In this document: piece by piece, positions 23,754 to 34,943 of the stretch | Numbering within the stretch: position 1 is the first letter of the stretch | How the letters are laid out: the number at the start of each line of letters is the position of its first letter | Translations under genes and position numbers: made by a program | DNA from: Azolla caroliniana | Lineage: Eukaryota; Plantae; Polypodiophyta | NCBI GenBank assembly: GCA_043228905.1 | Contig: JBHGNT010000020.1 | Location: forward strand, 7,378,001 to 7,442,000 | Direction: 5' to 3' | DNA: 64,000 nt | Notes under the pieces: generated by a model | What the model saw: only the letters and a program-made list of their open reading frames with translations | Database searches by the model: none | Told to the model about the DNA's origin: nothing

Positions 23754-26438
23754 TCATTGTTCACCCAAATTGTCCAAAATACTTTGCTCAAGAATTTCCA
23801 CTTGTTCTTCTTGTTGTGGTTGTTGCGGCTGTGCTTGCTGCTGTTGCTGTGGTTGCGGTTGGAACTGAGGCTGCTCCGGCTGCTCTCCTTGCTGCTGCTG
23901 CTCCGTTTGTTTCGCTGACTCCGGCTGCTCCGTTTGTCTTTCTGACTCCGGCATCTCAGTTTGACTGCTTCCAGTCCGGTCTCCTTCGAGTAGCGGTTCC
24001 TCATCACTGAGGTTGACCGTAACTGGTTCTCGTTCTTTCTCTCCCCGGATCCGGGACCTCTCGTAGCTTTCAAACTGGATCTGCGCCTCCAGCCTGTCGT
24101 CGTCCAGCTGAGCTACAAGTTGCCGGACTTGCTCTAGTTGGTCCTCTGCCAAGGCTTGAAAGTCTTCGGCAAGCTCATCTCTTATGCCGGTGAAGTCTTC
24201 GGAAGTCAGCATATAGCAATCATCTCCCTCCTTCCGCCGGTTCTCTACGTCAGCCCGGAGCAATTGGAGTTCCGCCGCGTTCGTGGCCCACTTGGTCCAC
24301 CATTTGACGGAGCCGTTGTCAATCAAGCTCTTGGTCTGGTTCAACCAGGCCCGCATGATATCCTGGATGCGACTTGCTCCCATTTGTGCTCTGCTTTCCA
24401 CCACTTGTCGCTCCTCCTTCAACTGCTTGATGAGATTTGCCGTATCCTCCGCCTGCTCTCTGTAGCGCGTCAGCTGCCCTTGATATGTCGTTTGCAGCCT
24501 CTGCAGTACCTCCGCCGCTCTTTCTTTTTCCGCCTGCTGTTGCCTGAGGAGCTCTGTCCGAACCTTCTCCGCCTCTTCCAACCGTCTTCTGTTTTCCGCT
24601 TGTTCCTTGGCGAATGCGGTTGCGGTCCGATCAACTGCTTGCCGGAGCTCATCCGTCCGTTCCTTGTGCTCCGTTTGCAACCGTTTATACTCCCGGTGCA
24701 ATTGCTCAAATTCCTCCGTTTTTTGTTTGAGCTTGCCGTTGATCTGGCGATGGTTCCGGTCCTCCCGGTCCTTTACCTGCCGGAGTTCCTCTTTCAGGCG
24801 CTCTACTTCTGTTTCGGCGTTCCTCCGGAGCCTCTCCTTCTCTTGCAGCATTTTCTCCTTCTCCTCCTTGAGCCGGTCGTACGCTTGGTGGCCTTTCCGT
24901 AAGCTCTCCTCGGCCCGGCGTAGATTCTCAGCAGTCTTTTTGAGTTCTGCTTCCGCTGCCGTCTTCAATTCTCTTTCGCGGCTCCTCAGCGCTTCTTGGG
25001 CAGCAAGCTCATCCTTTAAATCCGCAAGCTCTTGGGCTTGTGCCGCATTTCTCTCCGGAACGGTTTCCGTTGCCGGGGTCTGATTGCTATGTACAGGTTG
25101 ATCTGCCGCTTTATTCTGTACATTGCCCGGAGTCACCGGTGCTTGGACTTGTGTTGTCACAGCCACTTGAGCCCTGTCCAAGTCTTGTTCCAGGCTCCGG
25201 ATTCTGGACCGGGCCGTCTCTAGATCTACGGTTGTGACGAGCAACCGTTCCTGGTGCGCTCTCTCTTCCGCCTCTATATACTCGACCACTCCGGCGATTT
25301 GCTCGCCTACCCACCGTAGCCACATGCTACTGGTGCCTTGTTGTTGTACTGGTCGGGTCGGCTCATTCCCTGTGGAATTGTCTGGCCTGAGTGCCTGCAT
25401 ATGCCGTTCTGGTTCTACTCCTTGGCCGCCATGTGTGCTGGCTGTGCTCGCCGGCTGTTGCGTTCCGGTTCCCGCCGTCTCCGCAGCCGTTGGCATGACT
25501 TCTTCTATAGAAGTCGCCAAGACCGGTTCCCTACGCACCGGTTCCGGTTCTTCCCTTGTGGTTTGCTCAGGTTGAGTTGGGGGCGTTTCGGCCTCTCGCG
25601 GGTACGACCGCTCCCCTCCTGTCTCGGCGGTCCTACTTCTTGACCGTCGTTGGAGGTGCTCTTCTGGCTCCTCCGTTTCCTCTTCCTGTGTCACGGCATG
25701 TTTCTGTGCCGTCAAGGGTTCCGGTTCCTTCTGTCCCGGTCTCCGTAAGGTTATCTTGACGGGTCGGACCGGTGACACCTCCTCCGGTTCTGGGACCCGT
25801 TTCTTCCCTTTCGTCGCCTTCGACGCCAGCAGCTGCTGTCATTTGGACGCCGGCTTCGAGGTGCTTCCTTCCGATACTCTTGGCCGCTTCTTTGGCTGGG
25901 CGGTCTCGACCGGCGGCACGAGCAATGTTATCCATTGAGCTACGGCGTGCCACAGCTTCCGGCCCTCCTTGCCGTCCTTCCCTCGTACCATGTCGATTGC
26001 CATGCACAACCCGTCTGCAATCAACACCGGCCAGTCCACCTTGACCCCTTCATAGGTGGCTATGATCATCCCTGCCCGATTTTTTGGCATGACAGGGGGT
26101 CGGGGGTACACGTGACCGTACTCATGGAGCACTCGAGCTATCTCCCTGAATAGCGGATCTTCGCCGCCCTGCGTCCGATAGCCTTTGCCGGCAACAAAGT
26201 ACTCACCGAAATATCGGGTGAGTTGCTCCGAGGTTGGGTTATCGATCTGAAAGATTCCTCCCTCCGGAAGGCCTGTTAGCGCGCGGATCGCTTCCTCGGT
26301 GATGACCTTTGTGGCGAGCTCCTTGATGACCCGGTCGGCTTCTCTGTGCGGCGGTGCCTCCATGATGGCCAAGAACCCCTCCAGTCCGTTTTGCCTGAAC
26401 CATTTCCTGGCCGCTTCCGACAGCGTTTGTGGTTCCAT
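23754..26438 (-). CDS. Extra ORF after pol (about 894 codons, one internal TGA at 25839-25841): globular N-domain, low-complexity linker, long coiled coil
   Basis: The 299-aa and 674-aa ORFs are in the same frame and separated only by one TGA. The ATG at 26438 is chosen from homology to 59265. Confidence 0.75.
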
Positions 26439-26809
26439 GTCTGCTTCAAGGTCGAGGGAAGATGGCGAGGTAGAGTGGTGATGAGGGTGAGAGCGAGAGA
26501 GAGAGCGTTCTGAGCGCGGGGGTTCTCTGCGTGCAGGTTCGCGTTTGCTCAGCTTCCACTGCCTTGGTGCTTCTGTGCTTCTTGGCTCGCGAAAAAAGAA
26601 GGTCTCCATGCGCTCCTCTTTTTCTCTGTGCGTCTTGGCGCCTTTTTTCGAGCATGCGCACGTCGTGTACCGATTTAGTATTAAGTACGTGGCGGCTCTT
26701 AAATGCCCACTACGTACCTTTTCGCGCCTTGCTTTCACACCCGTTCATACCTCGATTTTTAATGATTTTTTTTTTTTTTTTTTTTTTCTATTAATGACGG
26801 TGTGTGACC

Positions 26810-29800
26810 TTACACATCCGTAGGTCCCTTCGGACCCTGACCGTTTTCCTTACGGGTTGCCGTGTCTTCCTTCGTCTCTGCTACGGGTTCCCCGTCGTCT
26901 TTTTCTTCCGGATCGATCCGTACCGATCCCGGACAGGTTCCCGGTATAGTGCCGGTGCGCTGCATAAACGGGTTCTTTGGCATCGGTCCTTTATAGGGCT
27001 TTAGTCGAAATCCGTTCACCCACTTGCCTAGTACTTCACCGGCAAGTGTCCCTATCTGATAGGACCCGTTGTATTCCCGTGTCAGCCAATACGGGCCTGT
27101 CCATCTGAACCGGAGTTTACCCGGCATTTTGCCCATCCTCGTTTGGAATACTAGAACCGGCTTTCCGATTTCGAACATCTTTTCGTTACCTTTCCGGTGA
27201 CGGTCAACGAACGCTTTCCGTCGTCGTTGCTCCAGTTCCATGTGGAGGATGCTGGCCAGCCGTTGCTCCTCTAGTTCGCATAGTGCTGCTAGCCGCATTT
27301 CCTCCGACTTCTTTTCATTCAGCCGTTCCCGTAGTTGGATCCGTAAGCTTGGTACCTGAAACTCGACCGGCATGACCGCTTCTAAGCCGAATGCTAACCG
27401 GAACGGCGTTGTCCGGATACTCGTTTTGTATGCCGTTCTGTACGCCCATAGCGCACTATGGAGCTTTGTGTCCCAGTCCGTCCGGTTTTCATTGACAATT
27501 TTGCGGAGAATGTTCTGCAGCGTTTTGTTGGTGGACTCTGCTAACCCGTTCGCCTGTGGGTAATACGGTGTGCTTCTTTTATGGACCACGGCATAGAACG
27601 TTGTTAAGCTTTCCACTACCTGGCCGAGGAAGTGGCCTCCTTGGTCGCTGATTAATTCAATCGGACATCCATATCGGCACCAAATGTTTTCGTACAGGAA
27701 TTTTGCTGTGGATGACGCGGTGTTGTCTCTCAGGGCCTTAGCTTCCACCCATTTAGTGCAATAATCCGTTGCCACGATGACATAACGATTACCCGTTCTC
27801 ATTGCCGGTGGCTTGAATGGTCCGACAAAATCCAACCCCCACTTCTGGAATGGCTCTAGTGGAAGTACCGGTTGGTGTGGCATCCGTGCTTGCTCCGTAG
27901 GCTGGCCCATTCGTTGGCATAGGTCACATTCCTTAGCATACTTGACGGCATCTTTTAGCGTCGTGGGCCACCATAAGCCGCTCTGCCATACCTTCCTTGT
28001 CGTCGCTTCCCCGGCATAGTGTCCCCCGGCAACCCCACAGTGTGCTTCTCGTAAGATTACTTCTTTCTCGTCACTACGGACTGCCCGTCTCCATATTCCA
28101 TCTGCTCCTTTGTGGTAGAGAGTGTCCCGTAACAGACAGAAATTGCGGCTCTGCACCGCCAGTCGTTTCCTCTCGTCCCGGTTCATTTCCTCCGGTGGCA
28201 GGCCCGTGCTTAGGAACTGGTGCATGTTTGTCAGCCATTTATCTTCTGATGACACCGTGTCGTCCGCTGCCGTTTCCGGGGTGATACGGAATAACTCCGC
28301 GTCCGGGAATTCATCCGCTACTCCGTCGCCTGGTTCTCCGGACTCTAACCGGCTCAGGTAGTCTGCTACGGCATGCTGGATACCGGGCCGGTGGAAAATC
28401 TCGAATTCGAACTCCTGCAACAGCAAGGTCCAACGGGCCAACTTACCGGTCAAGGACGCCTTGGAAACTAAGTAGAGGAGCGCCGAGTGATCCACATGGA
28501 AGGAGAACTTCCTTCCCAATAGGTAATGACGAAACTTTGTTACACTGTAGATCATGCCCAGGGCCTCCCGTTCTGTCGTTGAATAGTTCTTTTCCGCTTG
28601 GGACAGCTTCCGGCTGGCGTAATATACCGGCCGGTACCATTTGGGCTCCGTAAGCTGCATTAAGGCGCTGCCAATAGCGATGTCGGACGCGTCCACGAAC
28701 ACGTGAAATTCCTTGCTCCAATCCGGAGGCTGCACGACGGGTGCTTGCGATAAAAGTACCTTCAGGGCATTGTATGCCTTATCCTCCGTATCCGTCCATT
28801 GGAACGGTGTCCGATGTACCGCGGTGTGTAGTGGTGTAGCCAAATCAGCCAAGTGACGGAGCATCCGGCTGTGCCACCGGATCTGTCCTAAGAATCGGCT
28901 TAGTGCTTTGGCTGTTTTCGGTGCCGGTGCCCCTAGTATGGCGTTTACTTTGTCCGGGTCGACCGCAATGCCCTCCTTACTGACAATGTGTCCCAGCAAT
29001 ATTCCACTTGAGACTCCAAAGATGCATTTCGCTGGGTTTAAGCTTAGCCGGTATAACCTACACTTTTCAAGGCATAACCGTAGGTGCTGCAAATGGTCTT
29101 TTCCCCGGCTATAAACTGCAAAATCATCCAGGAAAACTTGCATGAAGGCAGGAATGTATTCGCCGAAGATCTCCATGATGATTCGCTGGAACGTTGCTGG
29201 TGCCGTTTTTAGGCCGAACATCATGACTTCGGCCACAAACACCCCCCATTCGGTGACGAACGCTGTCTTCTCCTGGTCGTCCGGGTGCATCCGGATTTGA
29301 TTGTAACCACTGAATCCGTCTAGAAAGCTATAAACTTCATGGCCGGCGACGGCATCCAGTACTCCGTCCGTGAACGGAAGAGGGAATGCATCCGTAATTG
29401 TCGCGGCATTTAGTTTTCTGTAATCTACACACACACGGATTTTACCGTTCTTCTTGGGGACGACGACGATGGGGCTCAGCCACGTCGCTTTCTTTACCGG
29501 CCGGATGAAGCCCACTCTTAGGAGTTTGTCGATTTCCTCCTTCACTTTGGCGGCGTAGTTGGGGTTCATTCGGTAACGTCGTTGCGCCACTGGTTTCGCG
29601 TCCTTGCCTAAGTGGATCTGATGCTGATATAACTGAGGGTCCAGCCCTCGCATGTGCTCGTATGACCAGGCGAATACGTCGCGAAACTCCGTAAGAAGTT
29701 TGATCATCGCCGCTTTATCTTCCGGCTTCATTTCTTTGGCGATGTGTACCGGCTTTGATTCGTCCTTGCTTCCTAGGTTTACTTCGTCGAGCTGGGATGC

Positions 29801-30787
29801 TTTTACCCGTTGGGAAACGGCCATTTCCCGTTCCAATGCTTCCTGTGTTTGCCGTAATTCCCGAATCGCATCTTTGTCTGGTTCGGCTTCGGTGTCGTCC
29901 CGCTGCGGCAAGTATGGGGCTACGGCTTCAGCTACGTCGATCTCGAAGAGTGGTACGATCTTCGGGTGTTCCTCCAAGTACTGGGCTTCTTCGTCATCTG
30001 CCAATCCTTCAAGCATGTTCACACATTCCGCATACAGCGGTGTGCATTCCTTACCGTTGCTCGTCCGTGGTTGTGTCGGAACCCGGACCTTGGCTTTTCC
30101 GCGCCGGAAGGTGATCATATTTTTCCGCCAATTTTGCTTGATGTGTGCTGTTTTCAACCATGGTCTGCCCAGCAACAGTGGGTACGCGCCTTGCGCCTGT
30201 AGCTGCAGCACTACAGCCGAGATGTGAAATGTGTGGCCTCCTATGGTGACTTCCAATTTCCGTATTAAACCCGTCGGTCGTACCGAACTCGTATCCGCCA
30301 TCCGTAGCCAGAACGGGCATGGCTCCCATTCATGTATTCCCAAGGCATCACACGTACGGAGGCTTATTACGTTCACCCCGGAACCTCCATCGATTACCGT
30401 GCCGGGAAGTTCGTGCCCTTTGACAATAGCTGTAATCGCCGGACTACTAGTGTCCACCACCGTCGGTCCCTCCTCCGGGTTCGAGAAGAGGACTGGTGCC
30501 GGTGGGGCTATGCCGTCTGTCATGCCCGTTTTTAGCCCTTCCGTAAATCGCGGCACGAGCTGCAAGAGTCTTCCTAACGGCAACGTGATCTGACATTCTT
30601 GCAATGTTTGCCATGTCTCGTTTTCTGGGTGGCTACCGCCGGCACTCCCTATGGTATTTGCCTTTTGCCGTTCCGCGTCCGCGACGTTCTTTTCATTGGC
30701 TTCCTTCACCCATTCCGTCGCCTGTTTTCGTATGGCCTCTTGTGTTTCCCACTCTTTGGCCATGCCTTTCGACCGTGTGGTTAATTG
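26810..30787 (-). CDS. pol: Pol polyprotein (PR-RT-RH-INT), in frame with gag
   Basis: IDGGS protease, LDGFSGYNQI and FLDD RT, VDASD RNase H, HHCC plus DDE integrase and GPY motif. The ORF is uninterrupted, with no chromodomain or second RNase H seen. Confidence 0.97.
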   Translation of the reverse strand, partial: QLTTRSKGMAKEWETQEAIRKQATEWVKEANEKNVADAERQKANTIGSAGGSHPENETWQTLQECQITLPLGRLLQLVPRFTEGLKTGMTDGIAPPAPVLFSNPEEGPTVVDTSSPAITAIVKGHELPGTVIDGGSGVNVISLRTCDALGIHEWEPCPFWLRMADTSSVRPTGLIRKLEVTIGGHTFHISAVVLQLQAQGAYPLLLGRPWLKTAHIKQNWRKNMITFRRGKAKVRVPTQPRTSNGKECTPLYAECVNMLEGLADDEEAQYLEEHPKIVPLFEIDVAEAVAPYLPQRDDTEAEPDKDAIRELRQTQEALEREMAVSQRVKASQLDEVNLGSKDESKPVHIAKEMKPEDKAAMIKLLTEFRDVFAWSYEHMRGLDPQLYQHQIHLGKDAKPVAQRRYRMNPNYAAKVKEEIDKLLRVGFIRPVKKATWLSPIVVVPKKNGKIRVCVDYRKLNAATITDAFPLPFTDGVLDAVAGHEVYSFLDGFSGYNQIRMHPDDQEKTAFVTEWGVFVAEVMMFGLKTAPATFQRIIMEIFGEYIPAFMQVFLDDFAVYSRGKDHLQHLRLCLEKCRLYRLSLNPAKCIFGVSSGILLGHIVSKEGIAVDPDKVNAILGAPAPKTAKALSRFLGQIRWHSRMLRHLADLATPLHTAVHRTPFQWTDTEDKAYNALKVLLSQAPVVQPPDWSKEFHVFVDASDIAIGSALMQLTEPKWYRPVYYASRKLSQAEKNYSTTEREALGMIYSVTKFRHYLLGRKFSFHVDHSALLYLVSKASLTGKLARWTLLLQEFEFEIFHRPGIQHAVADYLSRLESGEPGDGVADEFPDAELFRITPETAADDTVSSEDKWLTNMHQFLSTGLPPEEMNRDERKRLAVQSRNFCLLRDTLYHKGADGIWRRAVRSDEKEVILREAHCGVAGGHYAGEATTRKVWQSGLWWPTTLKDAVKYAKECDLCQRMGQPTEQARMPHQPVLPLEPFQKWGLDFVGPFKPPAMRTGNRYVIVATDYCTKWVEAKALRDNTASSTAKFLYENIWCRYGCPIELISDQGGHFLGQVVESLTTFYAVVHKRSTPYYPQANGLAESTNKTLQNILRKIVNENRTDWDTKLHSALWAYRTAYKTSIRTTPFRLAFGLEAVMPVEFQVPSLRIQLRERLNEKKSEEMRLAALCELEEQRLASILHMELEQRRRKAFVDRHRKGNEKMFEIGKPVLVFQTRMGKMPGKLRFRWTGPYWLTREYNGSYQIGTLAGEVLGKWVNGFRLKPYKGPMPKNPFMQRTGTIPGTCPGSVRIDPEEKDDGEPVAETKEDTATRKENGQGPKGPTDV

Positions 30788-32632
30788 CTATACATCCGTC
30801 ACTTCCGGAACCACCATATTAACTGCCGGTCGTTTCTCGTAGCTCTTTACCGGGCACTGGTTACTGTAGTGGCCTTCCTGCCTGCAGTAGTAGCAGTACT
30901 CTTTACGGGTATTGCTGGATTCAGCATTGCTGGTAGCCGGAGTTGGTCCCGTAGCGAGTGGTGCGTTCTGTGCCGGTTGGCTCCTTGGGATTCCATGTTC
31001 CGGGTCCCTAGGGTGACCACCTTTCTTGAAGTTACGTTTCTTATTATTCTTATGTTTATTTCGGTAGTCCGGCCGTGGTGGATCGTAACATCGGCCGTAG
31101 TCCTCCTGGTGCCTTCGGTAACCAGGGGAATGGTCTCTGTCGTATTGCTCGTGTCGCCTGTTGGGCTCTCGATAACGGTCCGATCGCTCATACCGGTCGT
31201 AGTTATCACGCTGATTCCCGTACCGGCCATCATTCTCTTGCCTGTCTCCGTACCGGACATCTTGTGCCGGTGGGTACCGGTTCCCTCTTTGCCAACGATC
31301 GTCATCTTCGTCTCGGCTGCTTCTTGGCTCGATCCGTCGGACGGGTGGTGCTTGTCGATTTAACAGGTTGTACTCGCACCGGTCCGTTGTATGACTCTTG
31401 GATTGACAAATCACACACTGAGTGCGCATGGTGCACTCTACTGCCGAGTGTCCGGCATTCAAGCAGATTGTGCATTGAATTGCCTGCCGGAACCGGAGAT
31501 CTTCCTCGGTGGGTAACGCCCGTTGTAGTGTTCCCAGCGTAAGCCATGAGCTTGTCTTTTCCATTTCTCTGACCCGGTCAATGACCTGGTCGATGGTGCA
31601 TCCTCGAAAGTCGATTACCGTACACACCGTGCGTAACGGTTCCCGGAGTGCGTTTAAAAATATCGTCCGTAATTCCTCCTCCGGGGGTGCACGGGCAAGC
31701 TGGCTATGCATTCGTTGGAAACGGATGACGAATTGGGGAATGCTTTCCCCTGCCTCCTGTCGGATCGTATAAAACAGGCCCACCATAGTCGTCTGGTCGA
31801 CTTCCTTGTGGAAAAAATGCAAGAATTTTGCTTTTAATTCCGCAAATGTTGTGATGGTCGTCGGGTCCTGCGACCGCCGCCATCGTGTCGCAGGTCCCTC
31901 CAACGTGACTCCGAATTCCGCTATCTTTGAGCGTTCTTCTTCCTCCGGTGTCATTCGCTGGGACGTGTGATTTGCTTCCCATGTCTGCTCGAAGTCATCA
32001 ACATGCGCTTCCGCGTCCGGATCATCGCGATACTTTGAGTATTGGAACGGCATGTCGTCGTCCAGTATTAGGCCGCGGTTTAGTGGCGTTTGTTGATCTT
32101 TTTCCGGTTCTTTCTCCGGTTCCACTTCCGGTTCTTTTGCCGGTCCTTTTTCCGGCTCTTCTTCCGGTACCTTTGCCGGGAAGTTCGTTGGTGTTGGTGG
32201 CTTTGCGTCTTCCACTTCCGGTTCCGGATAGCCCTGGTTGAGCGGTTCCGGTTCTGGAGTCGGCACGGTATCCGACCCGTCGTCTTCCGGGCCGCCGGGG
32301 GTATCGTTGCTGCTCCGGTAGTTCGTGTGCACGCTGTATCCCCCTTCGGAATCCGATTCGTAGGCTGAAAAGGCTTCTGCCTCGTTTTCTCCGCTTGCCA
32401 GCGCCTCCAGGAGTCGTTCGGTTTCCCGGAGACTACTTAGACTGCTTCCGTCGTCCTGGTCGCGAGTTTGCCGTAACCGGAGAGATTCCTCCGCGACTCT
32501 CCGGATCTCGTTGGAGAACGAACGATCCGAGCGAATTTCCTGCGCTGCTTGCTGGAAAGTCTCACGCCGTCTTTGCCGTTCGGCGAGGCGTCGAGCTCGG
32601 TCTGTAACCAAGTCGTGCGTTGGTCTAGTCAT
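30788..32632 (-). CDS. gag: Gag, 614 aa, with three CCHC knuckles
   Basis: Retrotransposon gag core (QEAGESIPQFVIRF), plus CTICLNAGHSAVEC, CVICQSKSHTTDRC and CYYCRQEGHYSNQC. Confidence 0.95.
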   Translation of the reverse strand: MTRPTHDLVTDRARRLAERQRRRETFQQAAQEIRSDRSFSNEIRRVAEESLRLRQTRDQDDGSSLSSLRETERLLEALASGENEAEAFSAYESDSEGGYSVHTNYRSSNDTPGGPEDDGSDTVPTPEPEPLNQGYPEPEVEDAKPPTPTNFPAKVPEEEPEKGPAKEPEVEPEKEPEKDQQTPLNRGLILDDDMPFQYSKYRDDPDAEAHVDDFEQTWEANHTSQRMTPEEEERSKIAEFGVTLEGPATRWRRSQDPTTITTFAELKAKFLHFFHKEVDQTTMVGLFYTIRQEAGESIPQFVIRFQRMHSQLARAPPEEELRTIFLNALREPLRTVCTVIDFRGCTIDQVIDRVREMEKTSSWLTLGTLQRALPTEEDLRFRQAIQCTICLNAGHSAVECTMRTQCVICQSKSHTTDRCEYNLLNRQAPPVRRIEPRSSRDEDDDRWQRGNRYPPAQDVRYGDRQENDGRYGNQRDNYDRYERSDRYREPNRRHEQYDRDHSPGYRRHQEDYGRCYDPPRPDYRNKHKNNKKRNFKKGGHPRDPEHGIPRSQPAQNAPLATGPTPATSNAESSNTRKEYCYYCRQEGHYSNQCPVKSYEKRPAVNMVVPEVTDV

Positions 32633-33109
32633 CCATTACCGTCGTTCGCTGCGAGAAAGCAGGAATCGTGGTCGCCAAAACTGTGTTATTCCCTTAGCCG
32701 GACAAGGCCTAACACAAGGTGTCACGGAGACACTTCACCAAAGGGGTGATTACGGCATAGGATTAAGATTCAACGATTACACCGACTTACATAGGTTACA
32801 CGATTAGAATGCTTCGGTAAATTACACGCGTAAGATATAACAGTAATTACAGAACGGAAATCAAGACAGAAGTGTAAACATCATAATCTCTATTAATTAT
32901 CCGCTGCTATTACAATGGGGTCCGGGCCTTTAAATAGGTTTCCGGCCCATAGTACAAAACGGTGCCCCTCGCACCTATTCGGGATCCGTCCGGATCTGGA
33001 ACGGCATACCGTTTCCAGTCCGTCCGTCCACACTATCCTCATTTACAACCATATATAATTAATTCCTTCACTCCGTATTTTGGACTCCTTGCCGGCCGGT
33101 AACATGGGC

Positions 33110-34685
33110 CGTGGCAAAATGGGTCTGTAGCCGTTTCGACAAACGGCGCGATTGGAGCGACGGAAGCTTGTCGGGGTCAGGGCCGGTCCCGAGGAGGAGG
33201 CTCGAGGAGCCGGTATCGGTGCCGGCTCGTAGGAAGGAAGAGACCCGAATCTGGCCAAAATCGGGGTCAACATCGAAGGACGTGGTCAGAGGCCCATCCG
33301 GAGGAGCGGCTCTGGAGGAGCTGACGCAGATGGTGCGCGACTTGCAGATCGCACAAGCCCGGAGAGACAGCGGCGAACAACCTCGCGACCGGAGTCCGCC
33401 GGCTGGGCAGTGGTGCATGTGGTGTGACGCGATCGGTCACATTCGGAAGGATTGCGTGGATTTCGCAGACGCACTCAGGACCAACGTGGTGTACCTCTGG
33501 AATGGGCGGGTGCACGCGAGCGAGACCTGGAGAGCCCTAGAACTAAATACGGGGCGCGACAGAATGAAGAGGTTGATGGAAGAGGCCGCGGCACGGCACG
33601 TTGAAGCCGTTAACTACTCAGTGTCAGCGGGAATTCAGGTCGGGGGTGATGAGACCGGGAAGGCGAGGGACTCCGGATTCTGGCCGCTAGTGCTAGAAGG
33701 TCTCTCCGGAGTTCGGCTGAAGAAGGAAGAGGCGGACCGCGCGAAACAGCAGGTCCAGGAGGTCACTAGTTGGAACGATCCGATCGAAGAGAAAACGGGC
33801 TTCGTAGAAGCCGCTTGCCAGAACTACGAGGTTCTGGTGGAAGACAAACGGGCAGGGAAGGCCGGAGGTGTCGGTATCCCAGAGAGGTATGAGACCCGCT
33901 TCGGACCGAAACCGACCGGTGCCGGCAACCCAGGTGCGCCGGACGGAAAGAAGCAGGCGGGGTTTCGGTTGAGCACCAAAATCGAAAGGACCACAGACTT
34001 GCGAAAGGTCCTAGACGAACATATCCTCGACAGCAAAATGGAGTTGTCGCTGAGGGAAGTGCTCGGGATCGCCAAGAAGGAGTTCCACGACTCCATCGTA
34101 GACTTGGTGAAGAGGAAAAGGCTGCAGACGGAGCCGGAACCGGAGAAGCCGGTGGAGGTGCGGACCACGCACTTGGAAGACGCGGCCCTAGAAGATGAGT
34201 TGGCGGAAAGCCACTACACAAAGCCGCATTGGGCCAGGGCAACTATGGAAACCCCTGTACGGATCGGCAACGTTCCAGAACCGGTGGTGGCCTTGGTAGA
34301 CCATGGATCCGAAATCAACCTGATGTCCATGGATTTCTACAAGAGGGGTAAATGGCCAATCAACACCAAGCATGGCTGGAAAATACGAGCAGCGACGCGC
34401 GCCACAAAAGAACTACATGGAGCTTGTTCGAACGTACGGGTGAAAATCGGCGATGTCGAGATCGACTAGCACTTCTTCGTGCAAGAGACGTCCTCGCATC
34501 CGGTTATACTAGGAGAGCCATACATCATGGTGGCACGGATGGAGACCAAGGTGTTGGACAACGGTTCAGCCTATGCAAGAGTCAAGATCCAGGACGGGCG
34601 TCACTCGGTCCAGTTCCTGACGGTGCGACCAAACCATGAGTGTAACCGCGAGGCCCTTGGCGGTGAAACCCGAGGGGATTTTTAG
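33110..34685 (+). pseudogene. gag: gag-protease of the Trp gypsy, continued from 22720-23280
   Basis: CMWCDAIGHIRKDC and ALVDHGSEINLM, with one stop at 34467-34469. Confidence 0.9.
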
Positions 34686-34943
34686 AGAGGGCTATCAAGG
34701 CGTGGGGCCGCGATAGTCCGGACACCCGAGAAAAACCCCACCAATGTACAGTACGGAAGAAGACCTATACCATAGGTAGGAAATTTCTGTTCTCCGACAA
34801 CGGAGGTTGTACTATGGCCGGCGTCAACGGCCAAGAAAGGAAGCGAGTGGAGGAGCGGCTCGGGGGATGTGGAGTCCTCTTCTCCGACGAAGACATCAGC
34901 GGCGCCATGCAGGCGGTCTCTTTTGACAACACCTTGGGTGAGT

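Larger units (their letters stand above)
23281..33104 (-). mobile_element. Very young full-length non-chromoviral Ty3/gypsy element with gag, pol and an extra ORF; 421-bp LTRs at 23281-23701 and 32684-33104
   Basis: I see only one LTR difference. Perfect TSD TGGGC at 23276-23280 and 33105-33109. PBS TGGCGACCAC at 32668-32677. Confidence 0.97.

Noticed and set aside
25839-25841. Programmed readthrough inside the accessory ORF
   Set aside because: The context TGA-CAG-CAG does not fit CAR-YYA, and a CGA>TGA deamination is simpler. Not fully excluded without sister copies.
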